Shown here: positions 28,448-38,243 of the stretch, piece by piece
How the letters are laid out: the number at the start of each line of letters is the position of its first letter
Position numbering within the stretch: position 1 is the stretch's first letter
Source: an uncultured Myxococcales bacterium
Lineage (GTDB): Bacteria; Myxococcota; B64-G9
Assembly: GCA_964633205.1 (NCBI GenBank)
Contig: CAZWFN010000001.1
Span: 114,219-178,218 of the forward strand
Direction of reading: 5' to 3'
Length of the DNA: 64,000 nucleotides
Program-made: the position numbers and the translations under genes
Notes under the pieces: model-generated
Seen by the model: the letters and a program-made list of their open reading frames with translations, nothing else
The model's database searches: none
Told to the model about the DNA's origin: nothing

Positions 28448-29535
28448 GGCCCACAGCGGCACTGCTGGCCGCCGTTTGCCTGGCCGGCTGCTCGGCAGCG
28501 GTCGAGCGGAAAATCGGGATCGAGGGACCGGCCGCTGTCACCACGCTGGCGCTGGTCTCGGCTCCCGCGCCGGCGCTGGAGCCCGACCGGGTTCAGGAGC
28601 TGCTGGTCGGCTTGGCCCAACGGCTGCACAAGCGCTACGACATGCCGGTGCTCGCCGGTCGCAGCCTCAACGACGCGGTCTGGGCCGGCCTCGACGACAG
28701 CGGCCCGACCGCCTGCCGCGAGCTCGAGGCCCAGCTGAAGCGCGCCCAGAAGGCGCTGGCCGAGCTGCGCGTCGGCAGCAGCCTGGAAGCGACCGCGGCC
28801 GCCGGCGAGCGCCTCGACCGCTGCGGGCCCGAGCTGGAGTCACCGGAACGGCTGATCGATCTGGCGCTGTTGCGGGCTCGCAGTCTTTTGCTGCGCGAAC
28901 GCCACGACGAGGCGATGGCGGCCTTTCGCTGGGTGGTGGCCCTCGACCCCGAACGGGTGATCGACAGCAGCGGCTTCACCCCGCGCCAGCGCGAGGCGCT
29001 GCAGACCGCCCGGCGCCAGGTGCTTTCGGCCGAGCCGGCCGCCATGCGCATCGACTCCGAGCCGCCCGGCGCCATCATCTGGATCGACGGCCGGCGCCGC
29101 GGGAGCACCCCGGACGAGACCATCCGCCTGTACCCGGGCCGCCACTTCATCCGCTTGCAGCTCGCCGGGCACGGGGCCTGGACCCGGGCCCTGCCGGACG
29201 GGGTGCCGCCGCCGCGGATCAAGGCCTGGCTCTTCCCCACGCCCGAGGGCGAAGCGCCCGCGGCGCTGCTGGCCGCCGTGCGCGAGCAGGCCCCGCTGGA
29301 TGCATCCGCCCGCAGCCAGGCCCGCACGGCCGCGTCCCGGCTGGAGGCCGACGGCCTGCTGCTGGTGCGGCTGGCCGCGACCGAGAGCGGGCTGCAGCTG
29401 GCCGGGCTGCTCTACCTGCCCGAAGCCGACGCCCACAGCGAGTGGCGCGAGTTCGAACTCGGCGCCGGCGGCCGCCAGATCGCCAAAGGCATCGGCCGGG
29501 TGGTCCGGGGATTCGGCGAGCTGCGCCGGCGCTGA
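28444..29535 (+). CDS. PEGA-domain lipoprotein
   Basis: Lipobox LAGCS. PEGA domain IDSEPPGAIIWIDGRRRGSTPDETIRLYPGRHFIRLQLAGHG. Confidence 0.6.
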   Translation: MRPTAALLAAVCLAGCSAAVERKIGIEGPAAVTTLALVSAPAPALEPDRVQELLVGLAQRLHKRYDMPVLAGRSLNDAVWAGLDDSGPTACRELEAQLKRAQKALAELRVGSSLEATAAAGERLDRCGPELESPERLIDLALLRARSLLLRERHDEAMAAFRWVVALDPERVIDSSGFTPRQREALQTARRQVLSAEPAAMRIDSEPPGAIIWIDGRRRGSTPDETIRLYPGRHFIRLQLAGHGAWTRALPDGVPPPRIKAWLFPTPEGEAPAALLAAVREQAPLDASARSQARTAASRLEADGLLLVRLAATESGLQLAGLLYLPEADAHSEWREFELGAGGRQIAKGIGRVVRGFGELRRR

Positions 29536-29545
29536 GAACCCGCGC

Positions 29546-30235
29546 TCAGTCCGCGGGGGGCAGCGGCCGGCAGGCCATGGCCTCCAACCGCCGCCAGCGG
29601 GGCTCGTCCAGCTCCTCCAGCGAAGCCAGCCGATCGTCGGCGATGGCGAAACGGGGATCGGCGGCGGCTGCGGCCGCGGGCACGGCCAGCGCCAGCATGC
29701 CGGCGGCCTTGGCCGCGATCAGCCCGGGCAACGAGTCCTCGACCGCCAGGCAGCGCTCGGGTTCCACCCCCAGGGCCGCGGCCACCAGCAGGTATACCTC
29801 CGGGTGGGGCTTGGACCGCTCCAGCCCGGCGGCCGACTGGATGGCATCGAAGGCCGTCGCCAAACCCAGCCGGCCGAGGGCGGCCCGAATCAGCTCGTCG
29901 TCGGAAGCGGTCGCCAAGCCGATGCGTGCACCATGCCCGCGAGCGAACCGCAACGCCTGCTCGGCCCCGGGCATGGCCCGGCCGCGTTTGGAGATCAGCT
30001 CGGCCACCCGGGCATGGATGCGCCGGGCCACCTCGGCCTGGCTCGTCTCGGCCCACGGCCGCTCTCCATAGCGCAGCGCAACCACCTCTTCGAGGCCCAA
30101 ACCCACCGTCTCGCGACAGCGATCCACATCGAGTGCGATGCCCACGCTGGCGAACACATCGATCTCGGCCTGGGCCCACAGGGGCTCGGAATCGATCAAC
30201 AGACCGTCCATGTCGAACACCACCGCCTCGATCAC
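29546..30235 (-). CDS. HAD-superfamily hydrolase (beta-phosphoglucomutase-like)
   Basis: Motif I VVFDMDGLLIDSEP, motif II LATAS, motif III K...E/D (RSKPHPEVY...AVEDS). GTG start at 30235 chosen. Confidence 0.7.
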   Translation of the reverse strand: MIEAVVFDMDGLLIDSEPLWAQAEIDVFASVGIALDVDRCRETVGLGLEEVVALRYGERPWAETSQAEVARRIHARVAELISKRGRAMPGAEQALRFARGHGARIGLATASDDELIRAALGRLGLATAFDAIQSAAGLERSKPHPEVYLLVAAALGVEPERCLAVEDSLPGLIAAKAAGMLALAVPAAAAAADPRFAIADDRLASLEELDEPRWRRLEAMACRPLPPAD

Positions 30236-30355
30236 GCCTCGCCTCCCGGCAGCCCATCGGCAAAACGGCAGCTGGAATTGGGCCACCACCGATTGACAAC
30301 TCGGATTTGGATCATAAGCAATGCGATGACAAAGGGCCAATGATGGAGGGATGGG

Positions 30356-33085
30356 GTGGGTGAGCCGCCGAACAGGGACTTGGTCGTGCAACAAAGCTGG
30401 CACGCCCTGCCACCGGAGGAGGTCCCTTCGGCGCTGGCCACGGACCCCGAGCGCGGCCTCGACGAGCAGGCGGTCGAGCGCCGCCGCGAGGTCTTCGGCC
30501 CCAACCGGCTGCCGGAACGGGCGCGCGCTCGGGTCTGGCAGGTGTTCCTGCGCCAGTTCAAGGATCCGCTCATCTACATTCTGCTCATCGCCGGCGCCGT
30601 ATCGCTCACCCTCGGCAACCACGAGGACGCCGCCTTCATCTTCGCCGTGCTGCTGTTCAACGCCGTCCTGGGCACCTATCAGGAGTGGAAGGCCGAGAAC
30701 GCGGCCCAGGCCCTGCAAGAGGTGATGCGGATCAGCGCCACCGTGGTCCGTGGCGGCAAGCGGCAGCGGGTCGACAGCGACGCGCTCGTGCCAGGAGACC
30801 TCGTCCTGATGGAGTCCGGCGCCGCGGTCCCCGCCGACATCCGCCTGCTGCAATCCAGAGATCTGCGCGTTGACGAGTCGCTGCTCACCGGCGAGTCCAC
30901 ACCGGTCGACAAGCAAGCCACGGCCGAGCTGGCCGAGGATACAGCCCTCGGCGACCGGGCCACCCTGCTCCACGCCGGCTCGAGCGTCAACAGCGGCCGC
31001 GCGCGGGGCGTGGTCGTGCGTACGGGCCAGCTCACCGAGGTCGGTCGCATCGCCGAGTCGCTCTCCGAGGAGGCGCAGGTGCCTCCCCTGGTGATCCGGT
31101 TGCGCCGCTTCACCCGCATCATCGCGCTGGGGGTGCTCGTCATCATCGTCATCCTCGGCGGCGCCCAGCTCTTGCGCGGCGAAGACTTGACCCAGGTCTT
31201 CTTCCTTGCCGTCGCCCTGGCGGTCTCCGCCATCCCCGCCGGGCTGCCGGTGGCCATCACCGTCGCCCTGTCCATCGGCTCGAGCCGCATGGCCCAGCGC
31301 AATGTCATCGTCCGGCTGCTACCGGCCGTCGAGGGGCTCGGCGCCTGCACGCTGGTGGCGTCCGACAAGACCGGGACCCTCACCGCCAACAAGCTCACCG
31401 TCAAGCGCATCCGCTCCCTCGATGCCGAGGAGGTCGAGGTGGAGGGCGAGGGCTACGAGACGCGAGGAGCCATCAAGCGCGGTGATGAGGAGATCGACCT
31501 GGACCGGGAGCCGTGGCTGCGAGAGCTCGCGGAGTCCGCCGTGCTGTGCAACGGAGCAGAGTTCGAGACGAACGGCGAGACCCGGGCGGAGGGGGATACG
31601 GTCGACGTGGCGTTTTTGGTTCTCGGACGCAAGCTGGGCCTGACCCGCGAGGAGCTGCTCGATCGGCATGAAGAGATCGGGGGCATCCCCTTCGAATCGG
31701 AGCGTCGCTTCGCCGCGACCTTCAATCGTCACGGCGACCGGGTCATCGCCCATGTCAAGGGCGCAGCCAGCACACTGATGGAGATGTGCGCCGTCGACAC
31801 CGACGCGGTGCAGCAACAGGAGCAAACGCTGGCGAACGCGGGCTACCGCGTGCTGGCGGTGGCCCGCGGCGAGGTCGAGGAGCAGGCGGGACGCGACGGC
31901 GACGTAGCGGCGCTGCGGGGGTTGACCTGGCTCGGCCTAGTGGGCCAGATCGACCCGATCCGCTCCGAGGTGCCGGGTGCGATCGCGAAGTCTCGCGCCG
32001 CCGGTATCGACGTGCGCATGATCACCGGAGATCACCCGGCGACGGCGCTCGCGATCGCCCGCTCCCTGGAGCTGGCGGACCAACCGGAGCAGGTCGTCCG
32101 GGGCAAGGAACTCGAACGGGGTGAGCGAGGAGCGGACCGACGGCTGCGCGAAGCGCAGGTCTATGCCCGGGTCGAGCCGAGCCAGAAGACGACCATCGTC
32201 ACCCAGTTGCAGGACGCCGGCCACTTCGTCGCCGTCACCGGCGACGGCGTCAACGACGCCCCGGCGCTGCGGGCGGCCCACATCGGCGTGTCCATGGGCA
32301 AGAGCGGCACCGACGTCGCCCGCAACGCCTCCGACCTCATCCTGACCGACGACAACTTCGCCTCGATCGTCAACGGCATCGAACAGGGGCGCATCGCCTA
32401 CGACAACGTGCGCAAGGTGGTCTGGCTGCTCATCAGCACCGGCGTGGCGGAGCTGCTGCTGTTCACGCTCTCGGTCGCCTTCAACACGCCGCTGCCGCTC
32501 GACCCGGTGCAGCTTTTGTGGCTGAACCTGGTGACCAACGGCATCCAGGACGTCGCCCTGGCATTCGAGAGCGGCGAGCCGGACGTCCTCGGCCGCAAGC
32601 CCCGGTCGCCGGGCGAGCGCATCTTCAACCGGCTGATGATCGAGCAGGTGGCGGTGGCCGGTGTCCATATCGGGCTCGTCGGCTTCGGCGCGTTCTACCT
32701 GTTGACCGAGGTCTGGAACATCGACCCGGCACAGGCGCGCAACCTGTTGTTGCTGCTGATGGTGCTGTTCGAGAACGTGCACGCGGTCAACTGCCGCTCC
32801 GAGACGCGCTCGGTCTTCCAGGTGCCCCTCGGCGCCAACAAGCTGCTGGTGGGCGCTGTCGTCGTCGCGCAGGGCGTGCACATCGCCTCGATGTTCATCC
32901 CGGGCTGGCGCGACGTCCTCGGCATCGAGCCGGTTGCGCTGACGACCTGGCTCTACCTGCTGGGGCTGGCGCTCACGTTGTTGGTGGCCGTCGAGGCCTA
33001 CAAGCGCCTGCGGGGCCAAGCGCTGGCCGAGCGCGGCTACCAGAGTCCGCCGAACCCGACGGCCCGCGCGGCCTCCGGGCACTAG
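30356..33085 (+). CDS. cation-transporting P-type ATPase (P2/P3-like)
   Basis: Phosphorylation motif DKTGTLT, hinge VTGDGVNDAPAL, and a TGES-like actuator motif LTGESTPV. GTG start. Confidence 0.9.
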   Translation: MGEPPNRDLVVQQSWHALPPEEVPSALATDPERGLDEQAVERRREVFGPNRLPERARARVWQVFLRQFKDPLIYILLIAGAVSLTLGNHEDAAFIFAVLLFNAVLGTYQEWKAENAAQALQEVMRISATVVRGGKRQRVDSDALVPGDLVLMESGAAVPADIRLLQSRDLRVDESLLTGESTPVDKQATAELAEDTALGDRATLLHAGSSVNSGRARGVVVRTGQLTEVGRIAESLSEEAQVPPLVIRLRRFTRIIALGVLVIIVILGGAQLLRGEDLTQVFFLAVALAVSAIPAGLPVAITVALSIGSSRMAQRNVIVRLLPAVEGLGACTLVASDKTGTLTANKLTVKRIRSLDAEEVEVEGEGYETRGAIKRGDEEIDLDREPWLRELAESAVLCNGAEFETNGETRAEGDTVDVAFLVLGRKLGLTREELLDRHEEIGGIPFESERRFAATFNRHGDRVIAHVKGAASTLMEMCAVDTDAVQQQEQTLANAGYRVLAVARGEVEEQAGRDGDVAALRGLTWLGLVGQIDPIRSEVPGAIAKSRAAGIDVRMITGDHPATALAIARSLELADQPEQVVRGKELERGERGADRRLREAQVYARVEPSQKTTIVTQLQDAGHFVAVTGDGVNDAPALRAAHIGVSMGKSGTDVARNASDLILTDDNFASIVNGIEQGRIAYDNVRKVVWLLISTGVAELLLFTLSVAFNTPLPLDPVQLLWLNLVTNGIQDVALAFESGEPDVLGRKPRSPGERIFNRLMIEQVAVAGVHIGLVGFGAFYLLTEVWNIDPAQARNLLLLLMVLFENVHAVNCRSETRSVFQVPLGANKLLVGAVVVAQGVHIASMFIPGWRDVLGIEPVALTTWLYLLGLALTLLVAVEAYKRLRGQALAERGYQSPPNPTARAASGH

Positions 33086-33281
33086 CGAGCCCGTCGCCCT
33101 GCTCCCACTCCATCGCCCCGGACTGCCTTGCAGCCCCTCGAAATACCACAGGCCAAGTCTTCGGCTCGGCGCCTTGCCGCTGCGCGGTTCGAGCTGGGTT
33201 GCCGTTTTGCCGCTTGCACATTGCACCCGGGCACGAGCTGGACTACCATCGAACCGACCTCGATATCGGGAGGGATGGTCC

Positions 33282-34127
33282 ATGCGCTTTCCGACATACT
33301 TGCAGGCGTTCGTGCTGTTGGGTCTGTCGCCCCCCCTTGCGGCCACCGCCGCCGAAAAACCCAAGCTGGCGGTGTTGGCGCTGCGGATCGACACCGAGAT
33401 GCCGCCGGGCACCGATCGCACCCTGAACGAGATCCTGCTCGCCGAGTTCGATCAGCAGAGCGACTTCGATGTGCTCGGCTCGAGCGACGTGGCCACGATG
33501 CTCGAGGTGGACTCGCAGAAGATGCTGCTCGGCTGCGACGAGGAGTCGTGCATCGCCGAGATCGGCGGCGCTCTGGGGGTCAGCCTGGTGGCCATGCCGA
33601 GCGTGGGGGCGGTGGGCGATCGCTACGTGATCAATCTCAAGCTGATCGACGTGGCCGCGGTCAAGGTGTTGAGCCGGGTGACCGAGTACGTGCCGCACGA
33701 CGAGTCGAAGCTGGTCGAGGGCATCCGCGGCGCGGTGGCGCAGCTGCTGAGCGCAGTGGGCGCCGGCGCACCATCCCCGCTGGCGGAGCCGGCCGGCAGC
33801 GGCTTTTTGGATGTGGCCCCCTGGGTCGGGCTGGGCCTGGCGGCGGCCGCGGCGGGCACCGGCGGCGCCTTCGCCGGGCTGGCCTACGAAGACGACCAGA
33901 GCGCCCAGGATGCCGTCCACGGCTCGCCCGACTGGCGCGATCACCACGCCGCGGCCCAGGACAAGGCCCTGATCGCCGATGTCATGTTCGGCGTGTCCGG
34001 CGCCGCCGCCATCGCCACCCTGGTGCTGTTCCTGGTCGATGGCGACGAATCCGAAACGGAGGCGGTGGGAGCCGCGGTGGCCCCGGCTCCGGGCGGTGGC
34101 GCGGCCGCGCTGCGGCTGCGCTTCTAG
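33282..34127 (+). CDS. secreted protein with CsgG/LpoB-like periplasmic domain and C-terminal Gly/Ala-rich membrane anchor
   Basis: Signal peptide. KPKLAVLAL...DFDVLGSSDVATMLEVDSQKMLLGCDEESCIAEIGGALGVSLV pattern. C-terminal hydrophobic segment. Confidence 0.5.
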   Translation: MRFPTYLQAFVLLGLSPPLAATAAEKPKLAVLALRIDTEMPPGTDRTLNEILLAEFDQQSDFDVLGSSDVATMLEVDSQKMLLGCDEESCIAEIGGALGVSLVAMPSVGAVGDRYVINLKLIDVAAVKVLSRVTEYVPHDESKLVEGIRGAVAQLLSAVGAGAPSPLAEPAGSGFLDVAPWVGLGLAAAAAGTGGAFAGLAYEDDQSAQDAVHGSPDWRDHHAAAQDKALIADVMFGVSGAAAIATLVLFLVDGDESETEAVGAAVAPAPGGGAAALRLRF

Positions 34128-34203
34128 GTTGGAGCTCGCCCACCCGAAGGGCGGCGGAGCTTCGGTCCAGGCAAGGCTGGCCGGCGAGCGAGGAGGCGAG
34201 ATC

Positions 34204-35886
34204 ATGTCCGAGTCGAACAGGCGAGAGTCGCGAAGGCGAGACCGCTACCCGGTAGCGCCTACGGCTGAGCCGCCCGCTGACAAGGGCGCCACCGGTCCGC
34301 TCCTGGGTGCGGCGATGCTGGGCCTGCTGGCGCTGCTGGCCGCTCCGGCCTGCAGCCTGGTGGTGGGCTCCGACGGCGTGCCTTGCAGCGGCGATGCGGA
34401 CTGCGGCCCGGATCAGCGCTGCCAGGACGGCGCCTGCGTACCGGGCAGCGCCACGGCGAGCTGCGACGACGGCCGGCAAAACGGGTCCGAGACCGATATC
34501 GACTGCGGCGGGCCCGCCTGTCCCGCCTGCGCCGACGGCCAGAGCTGCGCCGCCGACGGCGACTGCCAGAGCGGCTTCTGCGATGCCGGCAGCTGCAGCC
34601 CGCAAGCCGACCACTGCAGCAACGACAGCCGGGACGCCGGCGAGACCGACGTCGACTGCGGCGGCGCGGACTGTCCGCCCTGCCCGCTGGCGGCCGGCTG
34701 CCTGAGCGATTCCGATTGCGACAGCGGACTCTGCCAGCAGGACAGCTGTGCGCTCAGCCGGGGCCAGCCGATGCCCGGCGGCGGCGATCCGGTCGACGCC
34801 CTGGCGGTCGCCATCCTGCGCGAGACCATCCCCGCCTTCGCGGGCGACTACTTGATCGCCACCGGCGCCGACGACCGCCACCCGCGGCTGTTCCGATTCA
34901 GCGCCGCCAACGACGGCGGCATCAGCCAGCTCGTCGTCGATATGGACCACCTCTCCGGGCCCATCATCCAGGTGGCCTTCCAGCGGCAGGGGCTGGACGG
35001 GCAGGACTATCTGTTCAGCATCAACTCCGCCCGCGGCATCAAGCGCTGGGATCCCTACGAGGCCGACTCGCCCTATGTCATCTTCCACAATCTGAGCGGT
35101 GCGGTCTTCGCCACCACCCCGGAAGACGGCCGCTGGGTGGCCGGAGGCCGCATCGGGGTCCTGGGCACCAACGCCGCCGTGATCTGGGACGGCACCGGCA
35201 GCGGCGGCTCGCCCTGTACCAGCGACACCCCCACCGCCTGCGAGGCCATCGTGTACCTGGACGCGGACACCACCATCAGCGGCCTGGCGTTCAGCCCCGA
35301 GTTGTCATTGGGCATGAGCAGGCCGACGCTGTTGGCCGCCGGCTCCAACGATGCCGGGGTGCTCGATGCCGGCCTGCGGCTGTGGAGCTCCAGCGATTGG
35401 GTGGGATGGGAAGGCGGAGCCGGCGGGGTGGACCCGCTGGTGACGCTCGAGCCGGGCAATCAGGTCCACGGCCTGGCCTTCCACCCCGCGCCCCAGACCC
35501 CGCTGCTGGCGGCGCTGATCGAGACCCCGGACAGCGAGCGGGCGATCCACATCTACGATGTGTCCGACTGGCAGAACCCGCCGGCCGAACCCCAGCCGGC
35601 GGTGGTGGCGCTGGAGGCCGGCGTGCGCGCCACGGCGCTGGCATTCGCCCCGGACACAGCCGAGCCGGCCTTGCTGGTCGCCACCGACAGCGGCTTTGTC
35701 AGCGCCGTCTGCGATACCGGCGACGGCTGGCAGCTTCACCACTCGGCCGACGTCCAGGCGCCGGCCGGGATCTTCGATCTGGCGGTCTCGGACGACGGCC
35801 GCTGGTTGGTCAGCGGTGAGCCGGACGCCTTCCGCATCTGGCACCTGCCCAGCCTGCTGGCGCTGCTGGGCTGTACGGGAAGCTGA
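34204..35886 (+). CDS. secreted protein with N-terminal DCGG-type cysteine-rich repeats and a beta-propeller-like C-terminal region
   Basis: A GAGGAGGCGAG RBS precedes the ATG. Signal peptide. Three repeats of the form CxxDxxDIDCGGPxCPxC / DCQSGFC. Confidence 0.6.
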   Translation: MSESNRRESRRRDRYPVAPTAEPPADKGATGPLLGAAMLGLLALLAAPACSLVVGSDGVPCSGDADCGPDQRCQDGACVPGSATASCDDGRQNGSETDIDCGGPACPACADGQSCAADGDCQSGFCDAGSCSPQADHCSNDSRDAGETDVDCGGADCPPCPLAAGCLSDSDCDSGLCQQDSCALSRGQPMPGGGDPVDALAVAILRETIPAFAGDYLIATGADDRHPRLFRFSAANDGGISQLVVDMDHLSGPIIQVAFQRQGLDGQDYLFSINSARGIKRWDPYEADSPYVIFHNLSGAVFATTPEDGRWVAGGRIGVLGTNAAVIWDGTGSGGSPCTSDTPTACEAIVYLDADTTISGLAFSPELSLGMSRPTLLAAGSNDAGVLDAGLRLWSSSDWVGWEGGAGGVDPLVTLEPGNQVHGLAFHPAPQTPLLAALIETPDSERAIHIYDVSDWQNPPAEPQPAVVALEAGVRATALAFAPDTAEPALLVATDSGFVSAVCDTGDGWQLHHSADVQAPAGIFDLAVSDDGRWLVSGEPDAFRIWHLPSLLALLGCTGS

Positions 35887-35922
35887 TATGAACCGCGCTC
35901 TCCATCCAGTCAGGAGCCTGCC

Positions 35923-37332
35923 ATGAAAAAAGACGACTCCCGCGGAACCGGGCTCGACCGCCGGTCCTTCCTGCGCACCGGCGGCGCAGCCCTGGCCGCC
36001 TCGGTGGCCGCCGGCTGCGCCACCGCCACCAGCACCAAAAGCGGCGCCGAACGCGCCCCGGCGCCGGCCGCCGGCGCTGCCGATCGTGCGGCCGAGGCGA
36101 CGGGCCCGCGGGTGCGCGTCCAGCGCCGGCTCGGCCGCACCGGCTTCGAGGTCTCCGACGTGGTCATGGGCTGCGGCTCGATCGCCGAGCCCAACGTGGT
36201 ACGCTACGCCTGCGACCGCGGGGTCAATCTGCTGGACACCGCCGAGGGCTACGAAAACGGCCGCAGCGAGGAAAAGATCGGCCAGGCCATGCCGCACCTC
36301 GAGCGCAAGAGCCTCTTCCTGGTCACCAAGCTCAAGCGCCGGCAGGAAGACACCGAGCAGAGCCTGCTGCAGCGCTTCGCCCGCTGTCTGGAGCGGCTGC
36401 GCACCGACTACGTCGACGCGCTGTACATGCACGCGGTCTCTGACGTGGCCAGCGTCTCGGACGCCACCTTCCACCGGGTGGCGGCGCGGCTCAAGGCCGA
36501 TGGCAAGATCAAGCATCTGGGCATCTCCAGCCATGGCCCGCGCGGAGATACCGGCGACAGCCTGGAAGACGTGCTGCTGGCCGCCGTCGAGGACGGCCGC
36601 TTCGACGTCATGATGTTGGTCTACAGCTTCCTCAAGCCCGAGGCCGGAGCGCGGGTGCTGCGGGCCTGTCGCGAACGCGACGTGGGCGGCATCGCCATGA
36701 AGGTGACCGCCGGGGTGATGCAGGTCGAGCCCTTCGACCCCGAGGCGCCGGCCGGCGAGTACGCCCATGTGCTGGAAAAGCTGCTCAAACGCGGCAAGAC
36801 ACGGGCCGAGGCCATCGATCGCATCCAGCGTTGGGTGGCCGATATGCGGGCGGCCGTGGAGCCCACCCGGCCGTTCATCGAAAAGCACGGCATCAGCAGC
36901 GAGCAGGAGCTGCACCGCTCCAGCATCCGCTGGGTGCTGGCCAACCCGGATGCCGCCGCGGCCTGCGTCTCGATGCGCGACTTCGATGCGGTCAACGCCG
37001 CCCTGGCGGCCAGCGGCGATCCCCTCACCGCCCGCAGCCGCCGCACGCTCGACGCCTGGGCCCGCGCCAGCCGCGCCAGCGCTTGTCCGCCCGGCTGCAC
37101 CGAGTGCGTCGCCGCCTGTCCGCACGAGGTGCCGGTCAACACCATCCACCGCTACGCCTACTACTTCCAGCAACGCCGGCAGCAAAAGCTCGCCATGCAC
37201 AAGTACGCCAGCCTGGGCCACGGCGCCGAGGCTTGCTTCGACTGCTCCGCTCCCTGCCGCGGGGCCTGTCCCGGCGGCCTGCCCATCCAGGCCAGCCTGG
37301 TCCACGCCCACCAGCTGCTGACGCTGGCGTGA
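35923..37332 (+). CDS. aldo/keto reductase with Tat signal and C-terminal Fe-S cluster domain (COG1453-like)
   Basis: Twin-arginine motif DRRSFLRTGGAALAA, an AKR core, and a C-terminal CPPGCTECVAACP...CFDCSAPCRGACPGG region. Confidence 0.8.
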   Translation: MKKDDSRGTGLDRRSFLRTGGAALAASVAAGCATATSTKSGAERAPAPAAGAADRAAEATGPRVRVQRRLGRTGFEVSDVVMGCGSIAEPNVVRYACDRGVNLLDTAEGYENGRSEEKIGQAMPHLERKSLFLVTKLKRRQEDTEQSLLQRFARCLERLRTDYVDALYMHAVSDVASVSDATFHRVAARLKADGKIKHLGISSHGPRGDTGDSLEDVLLAAVEDGRFDVMMLVYSFLKPEAGARVLRACRERDVGGIAMKVTAGVMQVEPFDPEAPAGEYAHVLEKLLKRGKTRAEAIDRIQRWVADMRAAVEPTRPFIEKHGISSEQELHRSSIRWVLANPDAAAACVSMRDFDAVNAALAASGDPLTARSRRTLDAWARASRASACPPGCTECVAACPHEVPVNTIHRYAYYFQQRRQQKLAMHKYASLGHGAEACFDCSAPCRGACPGGLPIQASLVHAHQLLTLA

Positions 37333-37342
37333 GGCACGGCCG

Positions 37343-38194
37343 ATGATTCGTTCGGGAATGCTGTTGCTGGGTCTGCTGCTGACGTCGCCGGCCGTGGCTG
37401 CCGATTTCGTGGAGCTGCCGGGCTGTACGGGCGAAGCGGGCGAGACCTTCGACCGCCGGGGGCTGTTCAAGGCGATCAACGGCGCGGCCGACGTCTTCCT
37501 TGAGTACGGCTTCGAGCGCCTCGATCTCAGGCGCTACGACTGCGGCGCGGTGACCATCGAAGTGAGCAGCTACGACCAGGGCACCCCGCTCAACGCCTTT
37601 GGTGTGTTCGCCCGCGAGCGGCCGGCGGCAGCCCGGGCCGTTGCCGGCGGCCCGGGCCTGGTCGCGCCGCCGCGCCAGTGCCTGCTGCGCCAGGGCCGTC
37701 ACTACGTCAAGATCGGGGCGATGCGCGGCGCGCTCGACGCCGCTGCCTGCAAGCCCTGGCTGCTCGCGCTGGCCGAGGCGCTGCCGGGCTCCAGCGATCT
37801 ACCCAAAGCCTTCGCGGCCCTGCCAGCCGCGGATCGGCTGGCCGGCAGCGCGGGCTACACCCCGGAGTCCTACCTCGGCCTGTCGGAGTTGGGTCCCTGC
37901 GTCCATGCCCGTTATCAACGCGGCGGCCGGCAGATCGAGATCTTCCGCCTGCTGCCCGGCTCGGGCCGCGCGCTTGACAGCAGGTGGCAACGGCTGACCG
38001 AACGCTGGCAGCCGGCTGCCGGCAAACCGCCGCTGCTGCTGCGCGAGGTGCCGTACCGCGGCATCGCCGGCGTCGTGCGCACCCCGCAGGCGGTGCTCGG
38101 CACGATCGGCGCCGGCGACCGAGAAGCCACCATCGAACTGCTGCGCAGCTTGGCCGAACAGCAGGCGGGATCCGCCGCCGGGGCCTCGAACTGA
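37343..38194 (+). CDS. hypothetical secreted protein
   Basis: Signal peptide MLLLGLLLTSPAVAA. No recognisable motif. Confidence 0.45.
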   Translation: MIRSGMLLLGLLLTSPAVAADFVELPGCTGEAGETFDRRGLFKAINGAADVFLEYGFERLDLRRYDCGAVTIEVSSYDQGTPLNAFGVFARERPAAARAVAGGPGLVAPPRQCLLRQGRHYVKIGAMRGALDAAACKPWLLALAEALPGSSDLPKAFAALPAADRLAGSAGYTPESYLGLSELGPCVHARYQRGGRQIEIFRLLPGSGRALDSRWQRLTERWQPAAGKPPLLLREVPYRGIAGVVRTPQAVLGTIGAGDREATIELLRSLAEQQAGSAAGASN

Positions 38195-38243
38195 GTCTGC
38201 GATTTCCCAGCGGGCTGGCCGACCGGCAGCGGTGGAGTCGAGG

